In this document: in pieces, positions 24,606 to 36,030 of the stretch
Numbering within the stretch: the stretch's first letter is position 1
How the letters are laid out: the number at the start of each line of letters is the position of its first letter
Assembly: GCF_004010195.1 (NCBI RefSeq)
Contig: NC_057718.1
Location: 47,683,556 to 47,747,555, forward strand
Length of the DNA stretch: 64,000 bases
Direction: 5' to 3'
Origin: Chiloscyllium plagiosum
Taxonomy: Eukaryota
The notes under the pieces: generated by a model
Database searches by the model: none
Told to the model about the DNA's origin: nothing
The model's input: the letters and a program-made list of their open reading frames with translations, nothing else
Program-made: the position numbers and the translations under genes

Positions 24606-26245
24606 TCACAGAGTCCTACAGCATGTAGATAGGCTCTTCAGCCCAAACTGATCCATGTCAACCAAACTGTCCATCAACGCTAACCCTATTTCCCTGCACT
24701 TCGCCCATATCCTTCTAAAGGTTTTCCATCCATGAATTTATTCAAATGCCTTTTAAAAGTTCATGTACTCACCTCAACCACTTTCACTGGCAGCTCATTC
24801 CATTTGTGTACCATCCTCGGTGCAAAAATGTTGCCCCTCAGATTCCCTTTTACTCTTTCCCCTCTCGCTTTACAGTGATGCCCGCTCATCCTTGATGTCC
24901 CAACCATGGGAAAAAGACATTCACCCTATCCACACCTCTCATAATCTTACATACTTCTGTAAGATTCCTTCTCAGTTTCCTACACTTCTAAAGAAAAAAT
25001 TCCTAACTTGTCCAATCTCTCCCTATATCTTAGACCATTGAGTCCTGGCAACATCCTTGTAAATTTCTTCTACACTCTTTCCAGTTTAATAGCATTGTTC
25101 CTCTAGCAAGGTAACCAAAACTGAACACAACACTCTATGTACAGCCTCACCAATGTCCTTCCCAAACTTTTATGCTCCATGTCCTGACTGATGAAGGCCA
25201 GTGTGCCAAAAGCCTTCTTCATTGCCCTGTCCACATGTGACTCAATTTACAGAGAACTGTGCACCTCAACTCAAAAGGTTCCTTTGCACCACTACACCCC
25301 TTAAGGCCCAATCATTCACCATAAAAGCCTACCTTGATTTGACTTTCCAAAACACAAGACCTCACACATCTATATTAAACTCCATTCGCCATTTCCTGGC
25401 TCACTTCCCCAGCTCATCAAGATCCTTCTGCAATTTATGATTACATTCCTCACTGTCCACAATACCGCCTACTTTAGAATCATCTACAGACTTTCTAATC
25501 ATGCCTTGTACAGCCTCATCCAAATCATTGATATTGATAACAAGCAGTAATGGACTCAGCACCAATCCCTAAGGCACTCCACTAGTCACAGGCCTCCAGT
25601 CCAACAAGCATTCTTCCACTATTACCCTCTGCTTCCTACCATCCAGCCAATTGTGTATCCAATTTGCTAGTTCCCCCTGGATTCCATGCAATCTAACTTT
25701 CCAGAATAGCCTACCGAGCGAAGTCTTATCAAAGGCCTTAATGAAATCCATATAGACTACATCTACCGCCCTGTTCTTGTCAACCTTCTTGGTTACTTCA
25801 TCAAAAAACTCTAACAAATTTGTGAGGTACGATCTCCCATACACAAAGCCGTGCTGACTGCTCCTAATCAAACCATCTTTCCAAATTCATGCACGTCTTA
25901 TTTCTCATAATCTTCTCAAGTAACTTATCCATCACAGATGCTAGGCTTACTGGTCTATAGTATTCTGCTTTCTCTTTGCAGCCCTTCTTGATTAAGGACA
26001 CAACATTCATTATCCTCCAGTCTTCCAGGATCTCACTCGTGGTTAAGATGATGCAAACAATTTCAGCTAGAGCCCCCGCATTTTATTGTCTAGCCTCTTG
26101 CAGTGCTCTTGGACATATCTGAACAGGACCAGGAGATTTGTCCACCTTCATACATTCTCATAAATCCAACATCTCCTTAACTGTGACATGGACTGTCCCC
26201 AAGATACAACCACTAACCTTCCCAAGTTCCAAGGTCTTCATGTCG
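24606..26245 (-). mobile_element. CR1/HER1-like LINE ORF2 3' part
   Basis: IRSSQHGFVYGRSYLTNLLEFFDEVTKKVDKNRAVDVVYMDFIKAFDK...WRPVTSGVP. Confidence 0.9.
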
Positions 26246-27029
26246 TCATAAAAGTCTCCACTTCACAAATCAGCCATTTGATGAGACAGTAGTAACATGT
26301 ATTGTCTGAAAAATATGACTTGTGTATAATTTGTTTTATAAATTCCTATTCTCACACAATGGAAAGTTGCCTCACATTGACAGTACACCCTCACTTAGAA
26401 TGTTGCTGTAGTATATCAGTTTTGCATGGTCCAACTCGATCCATATGAATTCTAAAGATAAACTCAAATGCACCAACAACACTACATCACAAATAGCTAG
26501 AAGACAGACAGAAAGAGGCACAATACACAAATCAATATGGAGCTTTGTTCAATATGCATAACTATACAAGAAATAAACAGCGATGTGTCCATTTTCATCA
26601 AGCAAGTTTCAACTGTTACTATGGTGGCCCATGAACTAACAATAAACATTTAGAATTCATAAGCAGATAGACAACATATGTTTGACATTGCTTATGTGCA
26701 GCTGATTGAAAATATAGCAGTATGAACATTTTTCAAATAAACATGAAATTTCCCATAAGATCAACCTTTCATTCATCAGTATGTGCACACACACACACAC
26801 ACTGCTACGTCATGTTCAAAAAGCCAGGTCTTTATAGGCTTTTTTCTTGGAGGCTTCCTGTCTATATTTTATAAATCCCACAAACTCCTATAATGACAAA
26901 TAATTTCCTTTATTAAAATTAATTATTCAATTACACTCTTTTTTTTGGCTTTATTTAACATTTATACTGGTTGCAAAAGCAGCATTATGGTCCTTAACAA
27001 GCACAAAATAAATTTGTTGGATCAGAGTT

Positions 27030-27370
27030 CACGAAGTCATAGACATCTACAGCACAGAAAAAGGTCTTTTCGTCCATTGAGTTCTAGCTGGTCAAAAACA
27101 AGCATCCTACTGTTCTAATTGCAATTTTGCAGCACTTGGCTCATAGCCTTATAAACCTCAGCATTCAAGTGCACACCTAAAATATTTCTTCAAATGTCAG
27201 GAGGGTTTCTGGACTTACCATACTCATGGGCAGCAAGTTCCAGTTTCCCACTACCCTTTGGATGAAAATCTTTCCTCATGGCCTCTCCAAATCTCCTGCG
27301 TCTTATCTTAAATCTATTTTCCCAGTCATTGATCCCTCTACCAAGAGAAAAAGTTCCTTCCTGTTTAACC
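27030..27370 (-). mobile_element. CR1 3' end fragment
   Basis: catagacatctacagcacagaaaaagg tail; KELFLLVEGSMT-like reading. Confidence 0.65.
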
Positions 27371-28007
27371 TCTGTGCGCATTCTGTAAACAGACATGCCC
27401 CATGCACAGAGTGTTTCTGACAACACCTGTAACAACCTGTTGTTGCCTTGTCCTTGTAAGACAACATGGAAGGATTGTATGAAGCTCCAGTATGGCCAAT
27501 GTTTAACATACCTGAGACAAATCATGCAGTGTATCATGTGCTAAGTCCTCATTTGCTCTCAAAATTCTTCTGTAAAGTAATACGCTTTCTGATGAGCCAA
27601 TGTTACTGTGGATCAAAGGGAAAGTTGGATTTCAGACCAACCCTTCGCTTTTCCAACTGGGTTCCTGTTCACTTCGGACCTATCCATATCATGTCTGTAG
27701 TGAGTGAAAGAGGGAGGGAGAGAACGAGCGAGCAAGGTGCAGACGAGGCCGGACTCCAAAAGCAGTGTACCTCTGGAACTACTTCATTCACTGTTAAAGT
27801 CACAGGTAGAATTTTAGTACAGTTCTGATCATTACCTTACAGGAATGGCATAATTGTTGCAAAGTCAGTACAGAGAATATGTACAAGAATGTTGCCAGGA
27901 CTTGGAAATTTCAGTTGCGAGGTAAGAGTAGATAGGCTGGGATTATTTTCTACCAGAGAAGGCTGAGGGGTGACTAAATTGAGGTGAACAAAAATAATGA
28001 GAAGTTA

Positions 28008-28886
28008 GCGTCACAAAGGAGAAGAGGTCGAACCCTCTGCCAATTAAACCAAAACAGCAGCCCCAATCTTTATTGGCAGGGGTAGAGGTTCTCTTCTAAT
28101 GATTAAATACAAAACACCCAGAGAAGCTCGGCATGCCCCTCACAATCTGTTAAAAGAGTAGTCAAATGAAAGGAATCCCTGATACTCACTTTATAAGTAT
28201 CAAGTAGCAGTTTATTTATTTAACCATAACAGTGAACAAATTAACCAAATTACTAACAAACCAAACAATTCCCCTCTAACTACTATTTCTTAATAGAACA
28301 AGATTCTAATCGTATGCTGTTCCAATAAACACAGGTCGGACATACAAACAATAAGAAAACAATAAACTAAAACTTTGAGAGACTAAGTTCACACAGAATG
28401 AGTCTTCCTGAATGCTGTGCCTTCTCCACTGCCTCTTCGGCCTTTCTTCTGCTGATCTTATCACAAACACCTTTCTTCCGTTGAACCTGCTGTCAGGGAT
28501 GTTTTCTCTAATTTCTTCTGTGAGGACTCTTAGCTAGAAACATCATTGTACTTTTTATTGTGCTTTTTTTTTTAAGGCAGCTTAGTGATTTTGAGAGAGG
28601 GGAAGGTATTTATTCCTCAGATGGCAAGTTTGCTCTCACTTGAGCTGGCAGTTGGTTTTAACCTCTGTGCAATTGACCCCTTCTTTATACCAGTGATGAC
28701 ATAACAATTTCCTTACAATAACATTGGTCCAAGGTTGTCAAAACCATCATATTTAAATTCAGTTCGTTTACAGTTTCTAAGTGCTTGGTTTAAATTAGTT
28801 GGCTGATTTCAAGCTAGTTGTCAAAACACAGCCAATTGATACACGTTTCAATTTCAGAACTCTCGGTACAGTTTTCAGCTACTTAC
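28008..28886. mobile_element. LTR-like or unclassified interspersed insertion next to a CR1 fragment (27810-28005)
   Basis: Abrupt break from CR1 sequence. Composition and layout resemble 2976-3590 (tttattta tract, ends ttaca). Confidence 0.35.
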
Positions 28887-28894
28887 AGACACAA

Positions 28895-29095
28895 TTTGGT
28901 TCTTTATGGTAATGGAGGAGGCCAAGGATAGTAATGTCGGAAAAGGACCGAGAAGGAGAATTAAAATGGGCGGTGACAGGGACATCTGGTTGGCCCTTGC
29001 AGGCCCAGCTGAAATGCTCGGCGAACTGTTCCGTACGTTTACGTTTGGTCTCCCTGACATAGGGAAGACAACATCAGGAGCACCTCATGGCAGAC
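28895..29095 (-). mobile_element. Old Penelope-like GIY-YIG endonuclease relic
   Basis: MRCS*CCLPYVRETKRKRTEQFAEHFSWACKGQPDVPVTAHFNSPS, homologous to YCIRCTRCGLLYVGETGR...AEHFNSPSH at about 39440-39580. Confidence 0.75.
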
Positions 29096-29934
29096 CCGAG
29101 TACTCTACATTCCCACAAACCAATAATAACTTTACACACCCTTGCACATCAAGCATCTATTCACATCTGCCTTAAAAAATAATCAACAAAATTAAAACGT
29201 GCTAGAGAAACTCGGATAACGTGGTAGCAGCTGTGATGAGAAACTGGAGTCAATATCCAGTGGTCCTTATTTTGGGATTAAATTTTCATTGTAACATTCT
29301 ACAAGCTTTTCTAATTACTTGCTGTACCCATACACTAACCTAATACTAATGCAATCTCTTACCATTTACATAATATGCAGTTTTATTCTATCTGCCAAAA
29401 ATGGACAATTTCACACTTATCTACATTATATTCCGTTTGCCTGATATTTTCCCAACCACTCAACCTATTTATGTTTTTGTAGCCCCACGAACACTGCATT
29501 GCTTACTTTCCCCCCTAACTTTGTCTCATCAGCAGCATTAGCGGATGAAGTTACCAAGGTATGGCCAAGTTATTTACATAAAACCAACAAGTTGAAAGCT
29601 CAGAAGTGACACAAGTCACTCAGAAGCACACAACTCACTGCATCTGGCCAGCCAAAAAATTACCCATATACCATTATTTTGAGTTTCATGTAAGCTAGCC
29701 AGACCTCTACCCATGTTACCTCCGACACCATGAACTTTTATTTTTTGCAATAAACCTTGATCTAACACCTGATCAAAATCACCTTGGACAACGTACAACC
29801 ACATTACTTTTTCAATGAACTCCATTAAATTCGTTAAATGTGACCTTCCTTTCACAAAAACATGTCAGGCCTGCCAGATTACCCTGAACTTCTTGAAATG
29901 ACCTGCTCTACACATTTTGCAATAGCTTATAACT

Positions 29935-30600
29935 CAGTCATAGAGATGTACAGCATGGAAACAGACCCTTCAGTCCAACCTGTCCATACCGACCAGATAT
30001 CCCAACACAATCTAGTCCCACCTGCCAGCACCCGGCTCATATCCCTCCAAACCCTTCCTATTCATATACCCATCCAAATGTCTCTTAAATGGTGAAATTG
30101 TACCAGCCTCCACCACATCCTCTGGCAGCTCATTCCATACATGCACCACCCTGTGTGAGAAACAGTTGCCCCGTTGGTCTCTTTTATATCTTTCCCCTCT
30201 CACCCTAAACCTATGCCCTCTAGTTCTGGTCTCCCCGACCCCAGGGAAAAGACTTTGCCTATTTACCCTATCTATGCCCCTCATTATTTTGTAAACCTCT
30301 AAGGTCACTCCTCAGCCTCTGACGCTCCAGAGAAAACAGCCCCAGCCTGTTCAGCCTCTCCCTATAGCTCAAATCCTCCAACCCTGGCAACATCCTTGTA
30401 GATCTTTTCTGAACCTTTTCAAGTTTCACAACATCTTTCCTAAAGGAAGGAGTCCAGAATTGCACACAATATTCCAACAGTGGCCTAACCAATGTCCTGT
30501 ACAGCTGCAACATGACCTCCCAACTCCTGTACTCAATACTCTGACCAATAAAGGAAAGCATACCAAACACCTTCACTATCCTGTCTACCTGCGACTCCAC
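29935..30600 (-). mobile_element. 5'-truncated young HER1 LINE
   Basis: LVRPLLEYCVQFWTP...RMLPGLEDLSYRERLNRLGLFSLE; TRTRGHRFRVRG. Confidence 0.92.
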
Positions 30601-31875
30601 CCAGTCCCTATTTGTTGAATAAAGTTATGAAACCCGCAGTTTTTCAGTTCAAGGGAACCTTTACCACGTCTAGGAAATGTTGGAAAATGAAAACCAATAC
30701 ATCAGCTATCTCTCTAACCACTTCTTTTAAGTTTCTACGATGGAAACTATCAGGCTCTAGGGACTTGTCAGCCCACAGTTCCAACAATTTTCTCAGAACC
30801 ACTACTCTATGCTTACAACTTTCTTGAACTCCTCACTCCCTCCCACTGATGAGCAACTATTTCTAGTATTTTATTTGTATCCTCTACAGTGAAGATCGAT
30901 GTACAATTACTTTTCAATTTATCTACCATCTCCTTGATTTTTCATTACTATTCCCTCAGATTCACTTTCTATAGAACCAACAACTGCTTGGTTAACTGCA
31001 TTCTTTTTAAAACATCATAAGACTTTACACAGATATTTATGTTTCTAGCTAATCTTCTCTCATTCTAAACATTCCCTCCTTATTGTGACATATTTTGCAG
31101 TTTCTTATATTTAGTCCAATCTTCCAACCCGCCACACAATGTGGCATAATTATGTTATTTTCCATTAAGTTTGATAACACTTAACATTTTTTTTTATAAA
31201 TTAATGAAGAACATTAGGGTTTTTGGGATTTTTTCCATCTCATTGAAATAAAGAAGTTCTGTGTATCCTGAAATATTCCCTTAACTATTTACTTGTTAAT
31301 ACAGCGCTATTGATTTTCACCTGAAATTATGAGGGTATGGCAAATCAGTTAAGGTTAAAATCACAGCCTTAGATCCTTCACTCAGTCCTTGCTTCTACTG
31401 GTAACTTGGACGCTTTCCTCTTGGACCTGTTATTTTTCACTTCATACTGAATGCAAAGTTCAATCCTATTATATTCGCTTCTACCTCGGGAAACCTTGAC
31501 TATGAAGTCATTCATTAATAGCGTCCTGCTGCACAACATCAGGTTCAGTTTGGTTTGCAGTTGGGTTGGTTCCAAAACGTGATGTTCAAAGAAACAATTC
31601 TAAAACCTTCAATGAATGCCTCAGCTAGGCTACTACTGCCCATCTGATTTTCCAGCAAATATTTTGACTAAAATCCCGTAAGATTATGACTGTTTGTTTC
31701 AAACAAAATCTCATCATTTCTTCCAACGACGTGATTTCTGCCAGTGGTCTGTACATCACTCATATAAGTGACTCCTCGTCTTTTGTTTCTCATCTCAACC
31801 CAAACCATATCTATACCCTTGATTCATCAACTTAGGGCATCCCTCTTCATTGTGCTAATCCAATATTAAGCAATA

Positions 31876-32880
31876 CAGGTCATGGTCCTATAATGCGTAT
31901 TTCGTTACCGCGATTTGGCTGTAATGCAATTTGTGAATTTATTAGATTAGATTACTTAGAGTGTGGAATGTGGAATTTTTTTTAAATAAAGTGAACACCC
32001 ATTCGCTGTGACATGATTCCATCCCCTGTTATACCAGCCAGCTGTGATTTATTCTACTGGCACATCCATTGCGACAGGTTGTCGCCTGCGTCTGATTTTT
32101 TTTGCTTCTATCTGCAACTAAGGTAAAGGAAGCAAACATTGGAATATTTTGCTGGAATGCTTCGTGGGATCATGCACAAAGTTGGAGCCAAGGAGCAGCA
32201 AGAGAGAGGCATAGGGAGTGGAAGAAGGTGCAAATACAGCGATGTCCAGCGTGTGTTGAAGAGTAAGCAAGGCCTTTTGTTGAGCAGTGGCTCAGATGCT
32301 GGCTATCTGAAGCTTCAACACATGGCAACTTTACAAGAGAGAGTGCGTGTGCATAGAAGGAGGGAGGTGTGAAACTAAGGAAAAACCACTGGCAACTCTT
32401 ATCTCTCCCCACCCACGTATCTGCTAAGTTATGCCTGATCCAAATTCACCCAGTCTCTGTTTGAAAAGAAGAGGGGGAGGAGAGCAGGGGAGAGTGGATC
32501 AGAGGGTCCTGCCCCTTATTCTCTCCGAAACCCATGAAGCATCAAAACCTTCAGCTGTTCAGAGCATCCCAGCCCTTTAGCCACCACTTCAAATTAAAAA
32601 TTTTACTCGTCATAAAAAAAACTTCTGGAAGTTTCACAAAAATTGAATGGCAGAGAATGAATCCAGTTCTGGATAAATTCCACTCCACAAGAAGCCGGGA
32701 ATATAATACGTTGAGAAATTTCACATGTAACAACTTAACATTTGTGTAATTGACCAGAAATGGGCAGGTTCGATAAACTGGAATTCCCTAACCCTGTTGT
32801 TCCCATAGGCCCAATTACCTCTATTGCATGATTTTCTACAATAAGACATCGCACAGGAACACAGCTACCAGTAGATACCT
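31876..32880. mobile_element. TcMar/Tigger-like non-autonomous DNA element
   Basis: Begins TA|CAGGTC...tataatgcg...cgcgatttggctgtaatgc. Interrupts a CR1; right end degenerate. Confidence 0.4.
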
Positions 32881-33692
32881 TTCTGTCCTTCTGCCTTATG
32901 TTACAATCCAGGGATTAACAACTCTGAATTTTGGTTGGTCAATTTTGTGTCATGCTGACTAAGCATATACAATGTATGTTATTGGTACTTATACCAATAA
33001 GTCACAGTCACACACTCTTCTTTCTGATCAGTGACTGCCCCCTGGAATAAAGGGTCCAGGTAACCTTTCCCCCTTTCTGATCTGTTGCATTATACGTAAA
33101 TCAATGTTCGGGTCATAAACAAGTTGCTCAAGCTACAAACACGAATGCACATTTGCCCTGATTACAGTGGAATTGAGGAGCTCCCACATTCTACAATCAC
33201 AAGACAATAATTGTCCGGCCACCTTTTCGTCTTAATTAATTATCTTGAATAATTATTAAATTATCATCGCTAACGAGCACTTACTATACTTACTTGAACC
33301 TTACAATCCAATCTGTTACATTGAAAATTACATGAAAGTGCACAGTCAATATTCTAAACTATTGCTTTTTCCAAGCGTCATCAAGGAAAATAAACGTTGC
33401 ATGCCCACCTTTGGTAGAGATAGCTGAAAAGAACACTAATATCAATGAGATGCTAGCTGTAGGCTTGAAATGGCTGAAAATAATTCAAAATACCAAAGAA
33501 AGGGAAGGAATTCTGCAAGACAAAGAACTGACTGCCATTGGGTATATTCACCTGCATTGCTTCAGATGGAGACAACCAAAGCAGACCATGGAAGCCCTCA
33601 ACTTGTACGAAGATTTCCAAAAGCATGTGACAGAATTCCACATGAGGGATTGACAGTTAAACTCAATGCAAAATGGATTCAGGAAAAGCTCA

Positions 33693-33895
33693 AAAATGTG
33701 TTGCTGGAAAAGCGCAGCAGGTCAGGCAGCATCAAAGGAACAGGAGAATCGACGTTTTGGGCATAAGCCCTTCTTCATTCCTGAAGAAGGGCTTATGCCC
33801 GAAACGTCGATTCTCCTGTTCCTTTGAATGCTGCGCATTTCCAGCAACACATTTTTAAGCTCTGATCTCCAGCATCTGCAGTCCTCACTTTCTCC
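33693..33895. mobile_element. Penelope-like terminal-repeat foldback insertion
   Basis: Arms about 33693-33777 / 33782-33856. 14-bp direct repeat TCAGGAAAAGCTCA at 33679-33692 and 33896-33909. Confidence 0.8.
33781..33808 (+). ncRNA. Minimal hammerhead ribozyme-like core
   Basis: CTGAAGA-A-GGGC-TTAT-GCCC-GAAA-CGTC. Confidence 0.7.
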
Positions 33896-34237
33896 TCAGG
33901 AAAAGCTCAGAAAAGAAATAACATTGCTCTCTGTCCATCAGCTAAATCAGTATTAATAAAAGGAGTTACTATCAGTGAGTGGAAGAAGCAAAGTGTGAAA
34001 TGACCCAGGAATCAGCTGTTCCTAATTTGCACAGATATTTTGAATTCAGAGAATAGAAAATGAAATTTGGTTTAATCTAGAAAGACATGAATGTACAAAA
34101 AGCAGTTGCATTTTTTTTAAGGAAAGACCTCAGAACATAACTATGAGAGGTACTGCTTGGTTCTTGACCTCTTATGACTTCAATAGAAAATGTCCTGGTG
34201 ATCTTGATTAGGAAAAAACTTAGAAGAATGCGCTTAC

Positions 34238-34286
34238 TTTAGCCAAAATAAAGATGTAATAGGATGATTGACTCATTTTACTTATG
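34238..34286 (-). CDS. Candidate 49-nt exon (ISKMSQSSYYIFILAK)
   Basis: Acceptor tgttctgttag, donor AAA|GTAAGC. Phase-compatible with 34788-34837 and 23634-23708. Confidence 0.3.
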
Positions 34287-34492
34287 CTAACAGAACAATT
34301 GTTAATTATAAACAGATTATCTACTGAAGTTTAAAAAAAAGTAGTTACAAGTTTATAACACTATTAGTTCATATAGTTCATATAGGATGCCTAAAAGGAA
34401 ATTTTGATTATGTTTTTAAACTCTGAGCTGTAAATCAAATATGAATTTGCAGTTAGAAATAAAATTGTAATATGCAAAGAAAACAAAACTTA

Positions 34493-34813
34493 AGGGCAAA
34501 AAAATTATTTGCTCACAGGTAAGATTCCTGCTACGAGTCTTCTACAAGCCTTTCAATATTTGTGTCTTATCAGAAGATAAAATTACAATGAGTAAATTAA
34601 AGTCATTACGTTTATACTAAAATAGACTGTCAAGATAAGATGTAACACATTCTCAAAAAACCTATTTGGGACTTGAACCTAAGCCTCTTGACTCAGGCAG
34701 GAACACTACTACTGCACTACAGTGGTCCCCAGCTAACCTGCAGGAAATATTGAAAGGCTTGTAGAAGACTCGTAGCAGGAATCTTACCTGTGAGCAAATA
34801 ATTTTTTTGCCCT
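34493..34813. repeat. Perfect 69-bp inverted repeat with 183-bp spacer
   Basis: 34493-34561 is the exact reverse complement of 34745-34813. It extends to 75 bp with one mismatch. Confidence 0.95.
34640..34730 (-). mobile_element. tRNA-derived SINE head inside the inverted-repeat spacer
   Basis: A-box-like TAGTGCAGTAG and B-box GGTTCAAGTCC on the minus strand. Confidence 0.55.
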
Positions 34814-34837
34814 AAAGTTGGATTTTTCCAAAACATC
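34788..34837 (-). CDS. Candidate 50-nt exon (DVLEKSNFRAKKLFAH or MFWKNPTLGQKNYLLT)
   Basis: Acceptor tttcaatcatag, strong donor CAG|GTAAGA. Confidence 0.4.
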
Positions 34838-34937
34838 CTATGATTGAAATACCCGAACTCCAACGTCTAGATTAACACAAGCTAGGGATTGAGTTCAAAT
34901 TATTTGAGGAATCTGGGGTTGTTCTTTTTTTTTTACA

Positions 34938-35262
34938 TTAGATTACATTAGATTAGATTAGATTAATTACATTACAGTGTGGAAACAGGCCCTTCGGCCC
35001 AACAAGTCCACACCGACCCACCGAAGCGTAACTCACCCATACCCCTACATTTACCCCTTACCTAACACTAGGGGCAATTTAGCATGGCCAATTTACCTGA
35101 CCTGCACATCTTTGGACTGTGGGAGGAAACCGGAGCACCCGGAGGAAACCCACGCAGACACGGGGAGAACATGCAAACTCCACACAGTCAGTCGCCTGAG
35201 GCAGGAATTGAACCCGGGTCTCTGGCGCTGTGAGGCAGCAGTGCTAACCACTGTGCCACCGT
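34938..35262 (-). mobile_element. HE1-like V-SINE, full length, young
   Basis: tRNA-like head (ggcacagtggttagcactgctgcctcac...ggttcaattcc), V-domain (ctgcgtgggtttcctccgggtgctccggtttcctcccaca) and (TCTAA)n tail. Confidence 0.92.
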
Positions 35263-35696
35263 GGTTCTCTTTGGAGTAAATGGGATTGTGGGGAGATTTT
35301 GGCTGTTCAGATAAGGAAGACAAGTAAAGCTGTATCTATCAGCTGACTACACAAGAACTGGGTGATGTAGAAGCAAGGTTTAAGATAGCAGATATAAGGA
35401 ATGCGAGGAAGAACTTTTTTTAATGCACTGAGTGATAATGATCTGAAGTGCGCAGCTACCAAGCGTGGTGGAAAAACATTTGATCAATGATTTCAAAAGA
35501 AAATTGGACTGGCTTTAAGAAAATACAATTACAAGGCTATAGGAACCAAGTGGGGAAACGTGACCAACAGGATTTCTCTCCAGACAGCCAGAATAAACCA
35601 AATGGCCTCCTCAAAATGATTAAAAGTGCTGTAATGACATTCTAGGTTGAAGTATTAGCTTATCGAGGCAAGTGGCATGGAATTTCACATCATCAG

Positions 35697-36030
35697 TCAG
35701 GTGGCTCAGTGGTTAACACTGCTCCCTCACAGCACCAGGGACCCAGGTTCAATTCCAATCTTGGGCGACTGTCTGAAAGGAGGTTACATGTTCTCCTCGT
35801 GTCTGCGTTGGTTTCCTCCGGGTGCTCTGGTTCCCCCCACAATCCAAAGATGTGCCAGTTAGGTGAGCTGGTCATGCTAAATTGCGCATTGTGTTCAGGG
35901 ATGTGTAGGTTAGGTGCATTGGTCAGGGGTAAATATAGGATAGTAGGGTAGGGAATGGGTCTGGGTGGGTAACTCAGAGGTTTGGTGATGATTTGTTGGT
36001 TTCCACACTCTAGGGATTTTATGAACTCTA
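35697..36030 (+). mobile_element. HE1-like V-SINE
   Basis: A box tggctcagtgg, B box ggttcaattcc, V-domain. Confidence 0.88.

Larger units (their letters stand above)
29300..33200 (-). mobile_element. Old CR1 LINE, interrupted by HER1 (29935-30600) and a TcMar-like element (31876-32880)
   Basis: KGRSHLTNLMEFIEKV...DFDQV; decayed EN region at about 31400-31860. Confidence 0.65.

Noticed and set aside
27303..27828. Overlapping ORFs and a CAG|GTATGT site near 27511
   Set aside because: No recognisable product, and phase links to the other candidate exons could not be established.
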